DNA of 64,000 nucleotides, taken from the NCBI GenBank assembly GCA_038237745.1, contig JBBRYJ010000003.1, positions 67,426 to 131,425 on the forward strand, read 5' to 3'. A program made the position numbers and the translations under genes. Within the stretch, counting starts at the first letter, position 1, and the number at the start of each line of letters is the position of its first letter. Under the pieces are notes generated by a model, which was given only the letters and a program-made list of their open reading frames with translations, made no database searches and was not told where the DNA came from. The DNA comes from Propionibacteriales bacterium (GTDB taxonomy: Bacteria; Actinomycetota; Actinomycetes; Propionibacteriales; Nocardioidaceae). Positions 49,401 to 58,299 of the stretch are shown in pieces.

Positions 49401-49772
49401 GCCGTCCAGAGGAACGGCGTGCGCGAACATCCGGGCCCGTTCGGCCTCGCCTGTCGTGCTCACGACCAGGATCTCCTCGTCGTTGAACCACCCCCTGACG
49501 AAGGTCCGGTCCTGGCCCCAGAACGTGAGACGCGTCGAGACGCCCCCGTCGATCGGGGCGACGTACACCTCCCGCCCGCCGTCGCGCTGGGCGCTCCAGG
49601 CGACCCACGATCCGGAGGGGGAGATGCGGGGAGAGGTTGCCGGTACCTGGTCCGCGCTGACGCGGTACGGGCGGCCACCCTCTCGTCCGGCAAGCCAGAT
49701 GTCGTTCTCGGCGACGAAGACGATGGCGTCGTCACGCACGTGGGGGAACCGGATGTAGGCGTCTGTCGTCAC
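46485..49772 (-). CDS. Tricorn protease homologue (S41 peptidase with beta-propeller and PDZ domains)
   Basis: 1095 aa. N-terminal IRFPHVRDDAIVFVAENDIWL, WD40-like/TolB-like repeats, and a C-terminal S41 catalytic region. Confidence 0.8.
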   Translation of the reverse strand: MTTDAYIRFPHVRDDAIVFVAENDIWLAGREGGRPYRVSADQVPATSPRISPSGSWVAWSAQRDGGREVYVAPIDGGVSTRLTFWGQDRTFVRGWFNDEEILVVSTTGEAERARMFAHAVPLDGGPSRQLPYGWVGELDLEPGGGVLLSTATTVEPAWWKNYRGGTAAQLWLDRTGEGEYERLFTELRSSLVSPLWARGRDGRQRIGFLSDHEHRAQLYSAVVDDGAPTTESLVRHSDHDFYARHATSDGRQVVYAAGGSLYLLDSLDDGVEPREVAVRLGGARTARQPTRITVDASKLGSISPDQSGRASAVETRGTIHWLTHRDGPVRTLAHGSGVRRRLPAVLGDTSRVAWVTGADGDDAIELSRTDDVEVTATQLVASGHVGRVLELAASPDGRRLAVASHDGRLLEVSVPASDGEAAQLRELDRTTNGDMSGLAFSPDSQWLAWSAPGPAPLRNIRMANVGAAGADPIDVTPLRFTDSDPVFALDGKHLAFLSIRSLDPVYDAVVFDLSFPNGCRPHVIPLAIDTPSPFDPRLEGRRMAEPPTGPARGQDPSGGETGQKSPEPPLTTVDPDGLDQRVTAAPVAGGRYSHLRAVRGGLVWLKQPLKGELGDDLPRPDDESLRASLEHIDFASGKVQTLLEAADSVTATGDGDTLVVRDRGTLLVVPATRKADPPGGGLGDNAVDLDRLRVEVLPQAEWAQMYDETWRLMRDHYWRADMGGHDWNAERQRYAPLLDRLGSHDDLVDLIWELHGELGSSHAYCMPPDADVEPSRRQGLLGVDLEFDGQTWKLARIVPGEASERRARSPLTAPGVGAKAGDAILAVDGRATSRTRGPSSLLVGSADKPVELTLAPGAGGPSRRVVVVPLADEMPLRYQDWVTERRAHVHDRSDGRVGYLHVPDMVSGGWAQLHRDLRTEVGRDALIVDVRANRGGHTSQLVVEKLARTIIGWDVSRGHQPESYPADARRGPMVTVTDMYAGSDGDIVTAAIRSLKLGPVVGTRTWGGVVGIDMRYRLVDGTLVTQPRYAFWFEQFGWDVENYGVDPDIEIPMSPKDRVQRRDRQLDEALRLALQELDKKAALLPPPVPEAPSAG

Positions 49773-49782
49773 GGAAGGGACC

Positions 49783-50874
49783 TTAGCGACCCGTGGGCGG
49801 TGCCGCCCCCGCCACCTCCGTCCAGGCCGCCGCCGGCGAGTCGGCCAGAGGTTCGCCGTCTGTACCCTCCGTAGCGGCTGGCACTGGTGACCGTCGCGGG
49901 GCCGGTTGCGCGCGTCGCTCGGACGTCACGACCACGGCGACCGCGAGAACCACCACGGCCCCGCCAACGACGATCGGCGCCGTGACAGGCTCGGAGAGCA
50001 CGAGCCAGCCGAGGAAGACGGCGACGACCGGGTTCACGTAGGCGTACGTCGCCACGAGCGAGATGGGCGCCGCCTGGAGCACCCACACGTAGGCAGTGAA
50101 TGCGACCACCGAGCCGAACGTGACCAGGTATGCCCATGCCAGCCAGGCTTCCAGCGGAGCGGCGACAGGCACGACGTACTCGCCGCGAACCACCGCACCC
50201 ACCATCAAGAAGCCGGCTCCGAAGAGCATCTCGTACACGGTCACTACGAACGGGTCCCGCGGGAGCGTCAACCGCGGGGTCGACCACGAGCCGAACGACC
50301 AGCTGATGCTCGCGACGACGACGACCAGGCATGCCGGAACCTGGACGCTGCCACCGATGCCGGCCGCGGATACGAGGCCGACGAGCCCCGCGAATCCGAG
50401 CGCCACCCCAGCGAGGGTGAGAGCTCTCGGCCGGTCGCCCGTGCCGCTCCGGTAGAGCACCACCCACAGCGGTACGGCCGCGACAAGGAGCGCGGCGATC
50501 CCCGAGGGGGCTCCCATGTGCTCGCCGAGGACGACCAGACCGTTGCCCGTGGCAGGCAGCAGCAGGCCCAGCAGCGCGCATCCGAGCAGCTCACGGCGAG
50601 TGGCCCGCAACCTCGACGGGCCACCGCGAAGGCTCAGCACAACAGCGAGGATCACGCCGGCTGACATGTAGCGCCAGCTGGCTGAGGCGAGAGGGGGCAA
50701 GTCGTGCACCGCGATGCGGATCGCGAGGTAGGTCGACCCCCACACGACGTACACGATGCCGAGGGCAAGCATGACGAGAAGCGGAGATGCCGCTGCTCTG
50801 TACGGCGACGGGGAAGGCGTCGGGGATGGGGAAGGCGTGGCGGGGTTCGGCTCCGCGACCGCATCTTCGGTCAT
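49783..50874 (-). CDS. EamA/DMT-family transporter
   Basis: ORF trimmed to ATG 50874. Contains GSTYLAIRIAV and about 10 TM helices, with a Pro/Ser/Thr-rich N-terminal tail. Confidence 0.8.
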   Translation of the reverse strand: MTEDAVAEPNPATPSPSPTPSPSPYRAAASPLLVMLALGIVYVVWGSTYLAIRIAVHDLPPLASASWRYMSAGVILAVVLSLRGGPSRLRATRRELLGCALLGLLLPATGNGLVVLGEHMGAPSGIAALLVAAVPLWVVLYRSGTGDRPRALTLAGVALGFAGLVGLVSAAGIGGSVQVPACLVVVVASISWSFGSWSTPRLTLPRDPFVVTVYEMLFGAGFLMVGAVVRGEYVVPVAAPLEAWLAWAYLVTFGSVVAFTAYVWVLQAAPISLVATYAYVNPVVAVFLGWLVLSEPVTAPIVVGGAVVVLAVAVVVTSERRAQPAPRRSPVPAATEGTDGEPLADSPAAAWTEVAGAAPPTGR

Positions 50875-51174
50875 GGGTCTATCAACCCTTTGGTCCTGTC
50901 GCACGCTTCCAGGCTAGTGCCCGCCGAACGAGCCGTCGCGCGGTTTAAGGACACCGAGCCGAGATAAACCGCCGAATGCCGAACGTGCATATCTGCCCGC
51001 TCGGCGGAGCTTCTTCGCCCTTTCGCGGGGTACCGTAGCCCTACGTCGGGCCACCGTGTGGTGCGACGCGGGCTCGACGATCCGGGCACCACCACTCGCT
51101 CGGTGGACGGCGCGCTCGCCATGTCCGTGCAGGGTGACCGGCGATCCCGGACACCTCGACACCAGGGAGCCTGT

Positions 51175-52329
51175 GTGACCACTACGGGATTCGGCCCCGA
51201 CCTCGGGGACGTGTTCGGCCCGACCCACGACGGCGGAGGGCCCGAGCTGATCCAGCTGTTGACCCCCGAGGGCGAGCGCGTCGAGCACCCGGACTTCGCG
51301 TTCGACCTCGATGACGAGGCGATCAAGGGCTTCTACCGAGACCTGGTGATGACGAGGCGGATTGACACGGAGGCGACGGCCCTGCAGCGGCAGGGCGAGC
51401 TCGGTATCTGGGCCAGCCTGCTGGGGCAGGAGGCTGCGCAGATCGGGTCCGGCCGCGCGATGCGCGAGCAGGACTACGCGTTCCCCACCTACCGCGAGCA
51501 TGGCGTCGCCTGGTGCCGAGGCATCGACCCCCTCCACCTGCTCGGCCTGTTCCGCGGGGTCGACCAAGGCGGATGGGACCCGCTGAACGACAGGTTCGCC
51601 CTGTACACCATCGTCATAGGAGCGCAGACGCTGCACGCCACCGGCTACGCGATGGGCCTTCAGCGCGACGGGGTGATCGGCACCGGGGACCCCGACCGGG
51701 ACACGGCCGTCATCGGCTACTTCGGAGACGGCGCGACCAGCCAGGGTGACGTCAACGAGGCGTTCATCTGGGCCAGCGTCTTCAACGCCCCCGTGGTGTT
51801 CTTCTGCCAGAACAACCAGTGGGCAATCTCCGAACCGATCGAGCGCCAGTCCAAGATCCCGCTGTACCAGCGGGCGCTCGGCTTCGGCTTTCCTGGGCTT
51901 CGTGTCGACGGCAACGACGTGCTCGCCGTGTACGCCGTCACCAAGGCTGCGCTGCAACGGGCCCGGGAGGGTAGCGGTCCCACGTTCGTCGAGGCCTACA
52001 CCTACCGGATGGGGGCGCACACGACGTCCGACGACCCGACCCGCTACCGGGTGAGCCATGACCTGGAGCACTGGAAGCTCAAGGACCCGATCGAGCGGGT
52101 GAGGGCATACCTGTCACGAAACGGCCTCGCCGACGACGGTTTCTACGCAGGCGTCGACGCAGAGGCGGCCGAGCTGGCCGCCCGGCTCCGCAAAGGGTGC
52201 CTCGAGATGGCCGACCCGAGCGTGCTCGACATCTTCGACCAGGTCTACGAGGAGACGACTCCCGAGCTCGCAGCGCAACGCGACGGTCTTGCGGCCTACC
52301 TCGCGTCGTTCGACGAGGTTTCCCGATGA
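51175..52329 (+). CDS. bkdA: 2-oxoacid (branched-chain/pyruvate) dehydrogenase E1 alpha subunit
   Basis: ORF trimmed to GTG 51175, with GGGAG upstream. Contains the ThDP motif GDGATSQGDVNEA...FFCQNN. Confidence 0.85.
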   Translation: MTTTGFGPDLGDVFGPTHDGGGPELIQLLTPEGERVEHPDFAFDLDDEAIKGFYRDLVMTRRIDTEATALQRQGELGIWASLLGQEAAQIGSGRAMREQDYAFPTYREHGVAWCRGIDPLHLLGLFRGVDQGGWDPLNDRFALYTIVIGAQTLHATGYAMGLQRDGVIGTGDPDRDTAVIGYFGDGATSQGDVNEAFIWASVFNAPVVFFCQNNQWAISEPIERQSKIPLYQRALGFGFPGLRVDGNDVLAVYAVTKAALQRAREGSGPTFVEAYTYRMGAHTTSDDPTRYRVSHDLEHWKLKDPIERVRAYLSRNGLADDGFYAGVDAEAAELAARLRKGCLEMADPSVLDIFDQVYEETTPELAAQRDGLAAYLASFDEVSR

Positions 52330-53300
52330 CCGCGATCACCCTCGCCAAGGGCGTCACGATGGGACTGCGGGCGGCCATGGAGGCCGACCCGAAGGTCATC
52401 ATCATGGGTGAGGACGTCGGCAAGCTCGGTGGCGTCTTCCGCGTGACCGACGGCTTGCAGAAGGACTTCGGCGAGGACCGCGTCATCGACACCCCGCTCT
52501 CCGAGTCGGGCATCCTCGGTACGGCCGTCGGGTTGGCGATGCGGGGTTACCGTCCCGTCTGCGAGATCCAGTTCGACGGTTTCGTCTACCCCGCCTACGA
52601 CCAGATCGTCAGCCAGGTGGCGAAGCTGCACTTCCGCAGCCGCGGGAAGGTGAGGATGCCGATCGTGATCAGGATCCCGTTCGGAGGCGGCATCGGGGCT
52701 GTGGAGCACCACAGCGAGAGTCCGGAGGCGTACTTCGCCCATACCGCGGGTTTGAAGGTGGTGGCGTGCTCGAACCCGGTCGACGCCTACTGGATGATCC
52801 AGCAGGCAATCGCCTCGGACGACCCGATCGTGTTCTTCGAGCCCAAGCGGCGCTACTGGGAGAAGGGGGAGCTCGACGAGCACGCGACCCCCGACCCGTT
52901 GTTCAGCTCTCGGGTCGTGCAGGCCGGTACCGACGTGACGGTGCTCGCCTACGGCCCGATGGTGAAGACGGCGGTCCAGGCGGCGGCGGCCGCGGCGGAA
53001 GACGGCCAGAGCCTCGAGGTGATCGACCTGCGGACTCTCTCACCGCTCGACATGGCTCCCGTCCACGAGTCGGCACGCAAGACCGGCAGGGTCGTGGTCG
53101 TCCACGAGGCCCCGCAGACCCTCGGCCTCGGCAGCGAGATCGCCGCACGCATCAGCGAGGAGTGCTTCTACTCCCTGGAGGCCCCGGTGCTGCGGGTGAG
53201 CGGTTACGACACCCCCTACCCGCCCAGCCGGATCGAGGAGGAGTTCCTTCCCGACCTCGACAGGGTGCTCGACGCCGTCGACCGCTCGCTCGCCTACTGA
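52326..53300 (+). CDS. bkdB: 2-oxoacid dehydrogenase E1 beta subunit
   Basis: ATGA overlap with E1 alpha. Contains [18 protein letters not shown]...DTPLSESGI. Confidence 0.9.
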   Translation: MTAITLAKGVTMGLRAAMEADPKVIIMGEDVGKLGGVFRVTDGLQKDFGEDRVIDTPLSESGILGTAVGLAMRGYRPVCEIQFDGFVYPAYDQIVSQVAKLHFRSRGKVRMPIVIRIPFGGGIGAVEHHSESPEAYFAHTAGLKVVACSNPVDAYWMIQQAIASDDPIVFFEPKRRYWEKGELDEHATPDPLFSSRVVQAGTDVTVLAYGPMVKTAVQAAAAAAEDGQSLEVIDLRTLSPLDMAPVHESARKTGRVVVVHEAPQTLGLGSEIAARISEECFYSLEAPVLRVSGYDTPYPPSRIEEEFLPDLDRVLDAVDRSLAY

Positions 53301-53311
53301 ACGGAGTACCG

Positions 53312-54805
53312 ATGCCCGACATCAGGCAGTTCAAGCTTCCCGACGTCGGGGAGGGCCTGACGGAGGCCGAGATCGTCACCTGGAGGGTCAAGGTGGGCGA
53401 TGTCATCGGCGTCAACGACATCGTCGTCGAGATCGAGACCGCCAAGTCACTCGTGGAGCTGCCGAGCCCGTTCGGCGGAACTGTCTCAGACCTCCTGGTC
53501 GAGGAAGGACAGACGGTCGACGTCGGTACGGCGATCATCGGGGTGGACACGGGCGAAGGGGCAGGCCCGGCCGAGCAGGCTCTGGACGTGGTCCCGCTGC
53601 CGGAGGACGGCGTGGCCGTCGAGCCTGGTCTGATCGGTGGTCCGGCGCCGGGCGGGCGCACGTCGGTGCTCGTCGGCTACGGGCCTCGGACGACGGAGGC
53701 GAAGCGCCGTCCGCGCAGGGGGGCCAAGCCCGCGGAGGCGTCCCCGGCCGCTGCTCAGGTTGGCGTCCAGCACTCTTTCACCCCCCACGCGACTCCTGCT
53801 CCCGGCGTCGACATCGACGACGCGGTGGCCGCTGCCCCCTCGGCGCCGGCCACCCTGTCGGCCGCCTCGGCGCAGCCCGGCGTCCGGGCCCTGGCGAAGC
53901 CGCCCGTCCGCAAGCTGGCGAAGGACCTGGGAGTCGACCTGTCACTCGTCTCCCCGACCGGCGAGACGGGCACGATCACCCGCGCTGACGTCGAGCGCCA
54001 CGCCGTCGGGGGTGCCTCCGCAGCCACGTCTCCCGCGGTGGCCAGAACGGGCCCCGCCAGCGAACAGTCTCGGCCGACGGGCGGGACAGGCGTGGCCGGA
54101 CAGACACCTCGCGAGCGCCGCATCCCCGTAAAGGGTGTACGGAAGATGACGGCACAGGCCATGGTGTCGTCCGCGTTCACAGCTCCCCACGTGACGGAGT
54201 GGGTCACCGTCGACGCGACACGGACGATGAGACTCGTCGCACGGCTGCGACGCGACCGAAGCTTTCGCGACGTCAAGGTGTCACCGCTGCTGGTGGTCGC
54301 CCGGGCGGTCTGCCTGGCCGTGCGGCGCACCCCGGAGCTGAATGCGACCTGGGACGAGGCCGCCCAGGAGATCGTGGTGAAGACCTATGTCAACCTCGGC
54401 ATCGCCGCCGCGACCCCACGCGGTCTCGTGGTGCCCAACATCAAAGACGCAGAGCAGCACTCGACTCCTCAGCTCGCCTCGGCTCTGCGGGACCTGACGG
54501 CTGTCGCACGGGAGGGCAAGACGCAGCCGGCCGACATGTCCGGCGGCACCTTCACGATCACGAACGTCGGGGTGTTCGGCATCGACTCCGGTACGCCGAT
54601 CCTGAACCCGGGAGAGTCGGGGATCTTGGCCATGGGCGCCATTCGCAAGCAGCCGTGGGTGGTCGGAAAGGCGATCAAGCCGCGCTGGGTGACCACGCTG
54701 GCGTTGTCGTTCGACCATCGAGTCGTGGACGGCGAGCAGGGCTCGAGGTTCCTGGCGGACCTCGCCTCGATCGTCGAGGACCCCGGCACCGCGCTGCTCT
54801 TCTGA
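53312..54805 (+). CDS. bkdC: Dihydrolipoamide acyltransferase E2
   Basis: Trimmed to ATG 53312. Lipoyl domain ([14 protein letters not shown]), Ala/Pro linkers, an E3-binding segment, and a catalytic DHRVVDG. Confidence 0.9.
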   Translation: MPDIRQFKLPDVGEGLTEAEIVTWRVKVGDVIGVNDIVVEIETAKSLVELPSPFGGTVSDLLVEEGQTVDVGTAIIGVDTGEGAGPAEQALDVVPLPEDGVAVEPGLIGGPAPGGRTSVLVGYGPRTTEAKRRPRRGAKPAEASPAAAQVGVQHSFTPHATPAPGVDIDDAVAAAPSAPATLSAASAQPGVRALAKPPVRKLAKDLGVDLSLVSPTGETGTITRADVERHAVGGASAATSPAVARTGPASEQSRPTGGTGVAGQTPRERRIPVKGVRKMTAQAMVSSAFTAPHVTEWVTVDATRTMRLVARLRRDRSFRDVKVSPLLVVARAVCLAVRRTPELNATWDEAAQEIVVKTYVNLGIAAATPRGLVVPNIKDAEQHSTPQLASALRDLTAVAREGKTQPADMSGGTFTITNVGVFGIDSGTPILNPGESGILAMGAIRKQPWVVGKAIKPRWVTTLALSFDHRVVDGEQGSRFLADLASIVEDPGTALLF

Positions 54806-54859
54806 GAGCGGAGCTCACGAACCGTAGGCCGGCGACCGGAGCCTGAGCCGGGAGTCGAC

Positions 54860-56446
54860 TCAGTGCGCCCCGTCTTTGCTCAAGACGGCCTTGACCGTGC
54901 GCAGCGCGATCGAGACCTCGCGGCCCGGGCTCCAGTTATCGACGTAGTCGGAGTCGATGCGCACCGACTCGTCCCACGAGAGGTTCGAACGTCCGCTGAC
55001 CTGCCACAGTCCGGTGAGCCCCGGTTTGACGGCTAGTCGACGACGGGCCGACTCGTCGTACGACGCCACCTCATGGGGCAGCGCCGGCCTCGGGCCGATG
55101 AGGGACATGTCGCCGACGACCACGTTCCAAAGCTGCGGCAGCTCGTCGAGCGACAGTCTGCGGAGCCACGTGCCGGCGCTGGTGATGCGGGGGTCCTCCC
55201 GGATCTTGAACAGTCCGCCGCCGACCTCGTTCTGGTCGGCAAGCTCCTCGAGGCGAGACTCGGCGTCGGCAGTCATCGTCCGGAGCTTGTACATGGTGAA
55301 CTCGCGTCCGTGCTCGCGAACCCTGATCTGCTTGAAGAGCACGGGGCCGGGCGACGAGAGCTTGATGGAGACCGCGCACAGTGCGGTGATCGGGGCCGTG
55401 ACAACCAGGAGGGCCGCGGCGAGCAGCCGGTCGATGACGCTCTTGATGAAGGCGACGACGCCTTGGGGGCGGCTGTAGGCGACGTCGACCATCACGCGCC
55501 TTCCCAGCTTGCGCACCCTGGCGCGTTCGACGATGGTGTTGGTGATCGGCGTGATGACCGACAGCTGCGTGCCGGAGTCTTCGAGAGCCCACTGGAGCTT
55601 GGCCAGCTGCAGCCCACCGAGCTTGTCGACGTCGTGCACCGCAACGACGTCGATGTGCATACGACGGCTGAGGGACGCCACATCGGCGACCGAACCGAGG
55701 ACTGGAACGTCGTTGATCGTCTTGGGTCCGAAGTCCGACTCGGAAAGGCAGACCCCCACGACGTTCACGAGGTCTAGGTCCTGCCACTCGTTGATCGTCC
55801 GAGCAACGCTCGCATGGTCACCGACGATCACCACGCTCTCGCCGACGTCGATGCCCAGGGCGCGCCTGGACGACGGCAATCCGAGCAGCCAACGGTCGCC
55901 GAACCCGAGTGTGGCAACCCCCGCGGACAGCAGCAGCACCATCCGTGCGCCCTCCACGTCAGTGACGAAGACGATGCCCACCAAGGTCATCACCAACACG
56001 AAGTTGGCACTGGCCTTGATGAAGGGGCGGAGGTCGTCGAGGTCGGCGATGCGTCCGTCACGGGTGGCGCGTACGGCCGTCATCAGCAGCCAGAACACCG
56101 GCACCAGCATGAACCTCGGGCCTTCGAGCAGGAGTGCAGCCACCGCTCCCAGCGAGGCGATTGCCGCGTCGGCAACCCACAGGACGAGGCGGAGTCGCCA
56201 GAAGTCGTTGCGGCTGGTCATCCCGGGCCGGGCCTTGTGGGCTCCGTCCGGGTCGATCCGTACGTCGTGCGTGGGACCCGACTCAGAGCTGCGGGGCCGG
56301 GCGAAGTCGGGGGGTACGGCCAGGCTGCCGCTCTCATTGCCGGACGAGTGGCTCCGAGTAGTGCCGTCAGCGAGCTGGTCGGCGTAGGCCGTCGACTCGG
56401 TGGCTGCTAGGGGTCCGCTCGACGCCGTCGTACGCGAAGACGACAT
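54860..56446 (-). CDS. Polyprenyl glycosylphosphotransferase (WbaP/EpsB-type priming sugar transferase)
   Basis: Start set to ATG 56446, with GAGGAG 8 nt upstream; the track uses TTG 56452. N-terminal TM helices, and a C-terminal Bac_transf domain (LDELPQLWNVVVGDMSLIGPRP). Confidence 0.85.
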   Translation of the reverse strand: MSSSRTTASSGPLAATESTAYADQLADGTTRSHSSGNESGSLAVPPDFARPRSSESGPTHDVRIDPDGAHKARPGMTSRNDFWRLRLVLWVADAAIASLGAVAALLLEGPRFMLVPVFWLLMTAVRATRDGRIADLDDLRPFIKASANFVLVMTLVGIVFVTDVEGARMVLLLSAGVATLGFGDRWLLGLPSSRRALGIDVGESVVIVGDHASVARTINEWQDLDLVNVVGVCLSESDFGPKTINDVPVLGSVADVASLSRRMHIDVVAVHDVDKLGGLQLAKLQWALEDSGTQLSVITPITNTIVERARVRKLGRRVMVDVAYSRPQGVVAFIKSVIDRLLAAALLVVTAPITALCAVSIKLSSPGPVLFKQIRVREHGREFTMYKLRTMTADAESRLEELADQNEVGGGLFKIREDPRITSAGTWLRRLSLDELPQLWNVVVGDMSLIGPRPALPHEVASYDESARRRLAVKPGLTGLWQVSGRSNLSWDESVRIDSDYVDNWSPGREVSIALRTVKAVLSKDGAH

Positions 56447-56837
56447 AGACAACTCTCCTCATATGCAATAAGTGGCACATCAGCGTTTCGGTCCCCCCGC
56501 CGGCCGGCCGGCGTGTGCGCCGATCCTGCCGTCAGGCTCCGAACTATCGCCTGCGCACCCGTCGTGTCATGTTCGTGACCTCGAGCCATGCGAGACCCGA
56601 ACTATAGCCCGGTTAGCCATGGTCGGTCGGCGGGACCGAATGATGACTCCCCCTGGCACAACGAGGCGGCGGACGGACAGGTTACGTTGCGGTGATAGAG
56701 ATTCACTGTGCGCGTCCAAAGGACCACGGCCCGATGAATGGATCATCCGAGGGACTGGAGCGCAAGGAACACGAGTCATACGTCCGGCTACTTTTGGATG
56801 GATGAAGGGTCACCGTCGGATAGTCCGTTGAGGCTAG

Positions 56838-56853
56838 TGTGATCTGCGTCACA
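56838..56853. promoter_or_regulatory. Perfect CRP/GlxR-type site TGTGA-N6-TCACA
   Basis: The sequence tgtgatctgcgtcaca matches the consensus exactly. It lies 12 nt downstream of the CoA-transferase stop and about 390 nt upstream of the sugar-transferase start. Confidence 0.45.
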
Positions 56854-56864
56854 TCTAGGCTAAG

Positions 56865-58040
56865 TCAGCTCGCCTCACAGCGCTCCAGCCACTCAGCGAC
56901 TGCCGCGTTGTGCTCACCGAGATGCGGCGGTGGCAGGTGCTCCGTGCGACCACCTGCGTGCTGGTGGTCGTCGAATCGCACCGGCGGCCCGGGCAGCCGA
57001 AGTACGCCGAGGTGCGGGTCGTCGGCTTCGATAACCAGGCCCTGTGAGCGGGTCTGTTCCCACTCGTAGACCTCGTCGAGGGTGCGCACCTTTCCGGCGG
57101 GCACTCCGGCACTTGCCAAGATCTCGAGCCAGGACTCGGCGCCCCGGGAGGCGAACGCCGTCTCGACCAGGGTCTCGAGCTCCACCCGGCCGGCGACCCT
57201 GAGCTCGTTGGTGAGAAACCGAGAGTCAGCCGGGTCGATCCCCACGACAGGAGCAAAGGCCCGCCACAGACTCTCGCTGCCACACGCCACCTGCACCGGT
57301 GCGTCGGCCGTGGCGAACAGGCCGTACGGCGCGATCGAGGGATGGTGGTTGCCGATCGCGCCAGGTACCTCACCCGCAACCGTCCAGCGAGTGCCTTGGT
57401 AGGCGTGCACTCCGACGACCGCGGACAGCAGGCTGGTATGGACGACACCGCCCCGGCCGGTGTGGACCCGTTCGTACAGGGCAGCCGCTGCACCGAAGGC
57501 GCCGTACATGCCGGCGAGAAGGTCGGCGATCGGCACTCCTACCTTGGTCGGCTGGCCGGCCGACGAGCCGGTGACGGACATGAGTCCGGCTTCGCCCTGC
57601 GCGATCTGGTCGTACCCCGCTCGGTCGCCCTCGGGGCCGTCATGGCCGAAGCCTGTGATCGACAAGACGACCAACCGTGGGTTGAGCGCCTGTAGCTCCC
57701 GGTGGGAGAGGCCCAGACGGTCCAGCACCCCGGGACGGAAGTTCTCGGCGAGGATGTCGGCTTGCGCCACCAGCCGCCGGAGCAACCGCACGCCCTCATC
57801 GGTCTTGAGGTCGGCCGTGACCGACTCCTTGTTGCGGTTGCAGCTCAAGAAGTACGTCGACTGCCGGTGCGCTCCTGTCCCGACGAACGGCGGTCCCCAG
57901 CCACGGCTGTCGTCTCCGCCGTCGGGGGACTCGACCTTGATCACCCTGGCACCGAGGTCGCCCAACATCATCGCTGCGTGCGGCCCGGCCAGGGCGTGCG
58001 TGCAGTCGATGACGACGACGTCGCTGAGCAATCCGGTCAC
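56865..58040 (-). CDS. Family III (CaiB/BaiF) CoA-transferase
   Basis: GTG start at 58040. Contains VVIDCTHALAGPHAAMMLGDLGARVIKVE and a later aspartate-containing core. Confidence 0.85.
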   Translation of the reverse strand: MTGLLSDVVVIDCTHALAGPHAAMMLGDLGARVIKVESPDGGDDSRGWGPPFVGTGAHRQSTYFLSCNRNKESVTADLKTDEGVRLLRRLVAQADILAENFRPGVLDRLGLSHRELQALNPRLVVLSITGFGHDGPEGDRAGYDQIAQGEAGLMSVTGSSAGQPTKVGVPIADLLAGMYGAFGAAAALYERVHTGRGGVVHTSLLSAVVGVHAYQGTRWTVAGEVPGAIGNHHPSIAPYGLFATADAPVQVACGSESLWRAFAPVVGIDPADSRFLTNELRVAGRVELETLVETAFASRGAESWLEILASAGVPAGKVRTLDEVYEWEQTRSQGLVIEADDPHLGVLRLPGPPVRFDDHQHAGGRTEHLPPPHLGEHNAAVAEWLERCEAS

Positions 58041-58188
58041 GGGCCGACTCTACGGTGACGCCTCACCCTGTGGTCGTATCCACTGAAGTCGCCTGGGGGT
58101 GGCCACACCACCATCCGTCGCCGCGCTCGCCGAACGGCGCACCTCTGCTAGATTTCGCCTGTCGGGACAACCGGCGACAACTGAATAA

Positions 58189-58299
58189 CGCTTGCGCTTG
58201 AGGGGAAGTCGGTGCGAGCCCGACGCTGTCCCGCAGCCGTGATCGGCCCAGACGTCTTTCGTCTGACCAGCCGTCAGCCGGAATGCCTCTGCGCGAGCG
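58189..58299 (+). promoter_or_regulatory. Cobalamin (B12) riboswitch aptamer
   Basis: P1: cgcttgcgc (58189..58197) pairs with gcgcgagcg (58291..58299). Core: AGGGGAAGUCGGUGCGAGCCCGACGCUGUCCCGCAGCCGUGA (58201..58242), which fits GGGAA-N3-GGUG...CC...CCCGC-N2-C-GU-A. Internal hairpins are GUCGG/CCGAC and CAGACG/CGUCUG. A B12-box-like AGCCGGAAUGCCU lies at 58276..58288. The 3' end is 107 nt upstream of the first ATG. Confidence 0.75.

Noticed and set aside
50914-52071. 385-aa minus-strand ORF opposite bkdA
   Set aside because: Antisense shadow of the E1 alpha gene, whose ThDP motif is in the + frame.
56539-56605. Direct 9-nt repeat CCGAACTAT (56539..56547 and 56597..56605)
   Set aside because: A single 9-mer coincidence within about 400 nt is not clearly beyond chance, and there is no extended similarity around it.
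56472-56831. 119-aa + ORF and the 70-aa minus ORF (56567..56779) in the long intergenic region
   Set aside because: Neither has an RBS, hydrophobic or domain-like features. The composition looks non-coding, so the region is treated as leader/regulatory DNA.
56447-56864. Possible c-di-GMP (GEMM-I) or other riboswitch in the glycosyltransferase leader
   Set aside because: Reading the minus strand, I found only a loose resemblance (gcgcacag...) and none of the paired GNRA/receptor features I remember. This needs Infernal rather than inspection by eye.
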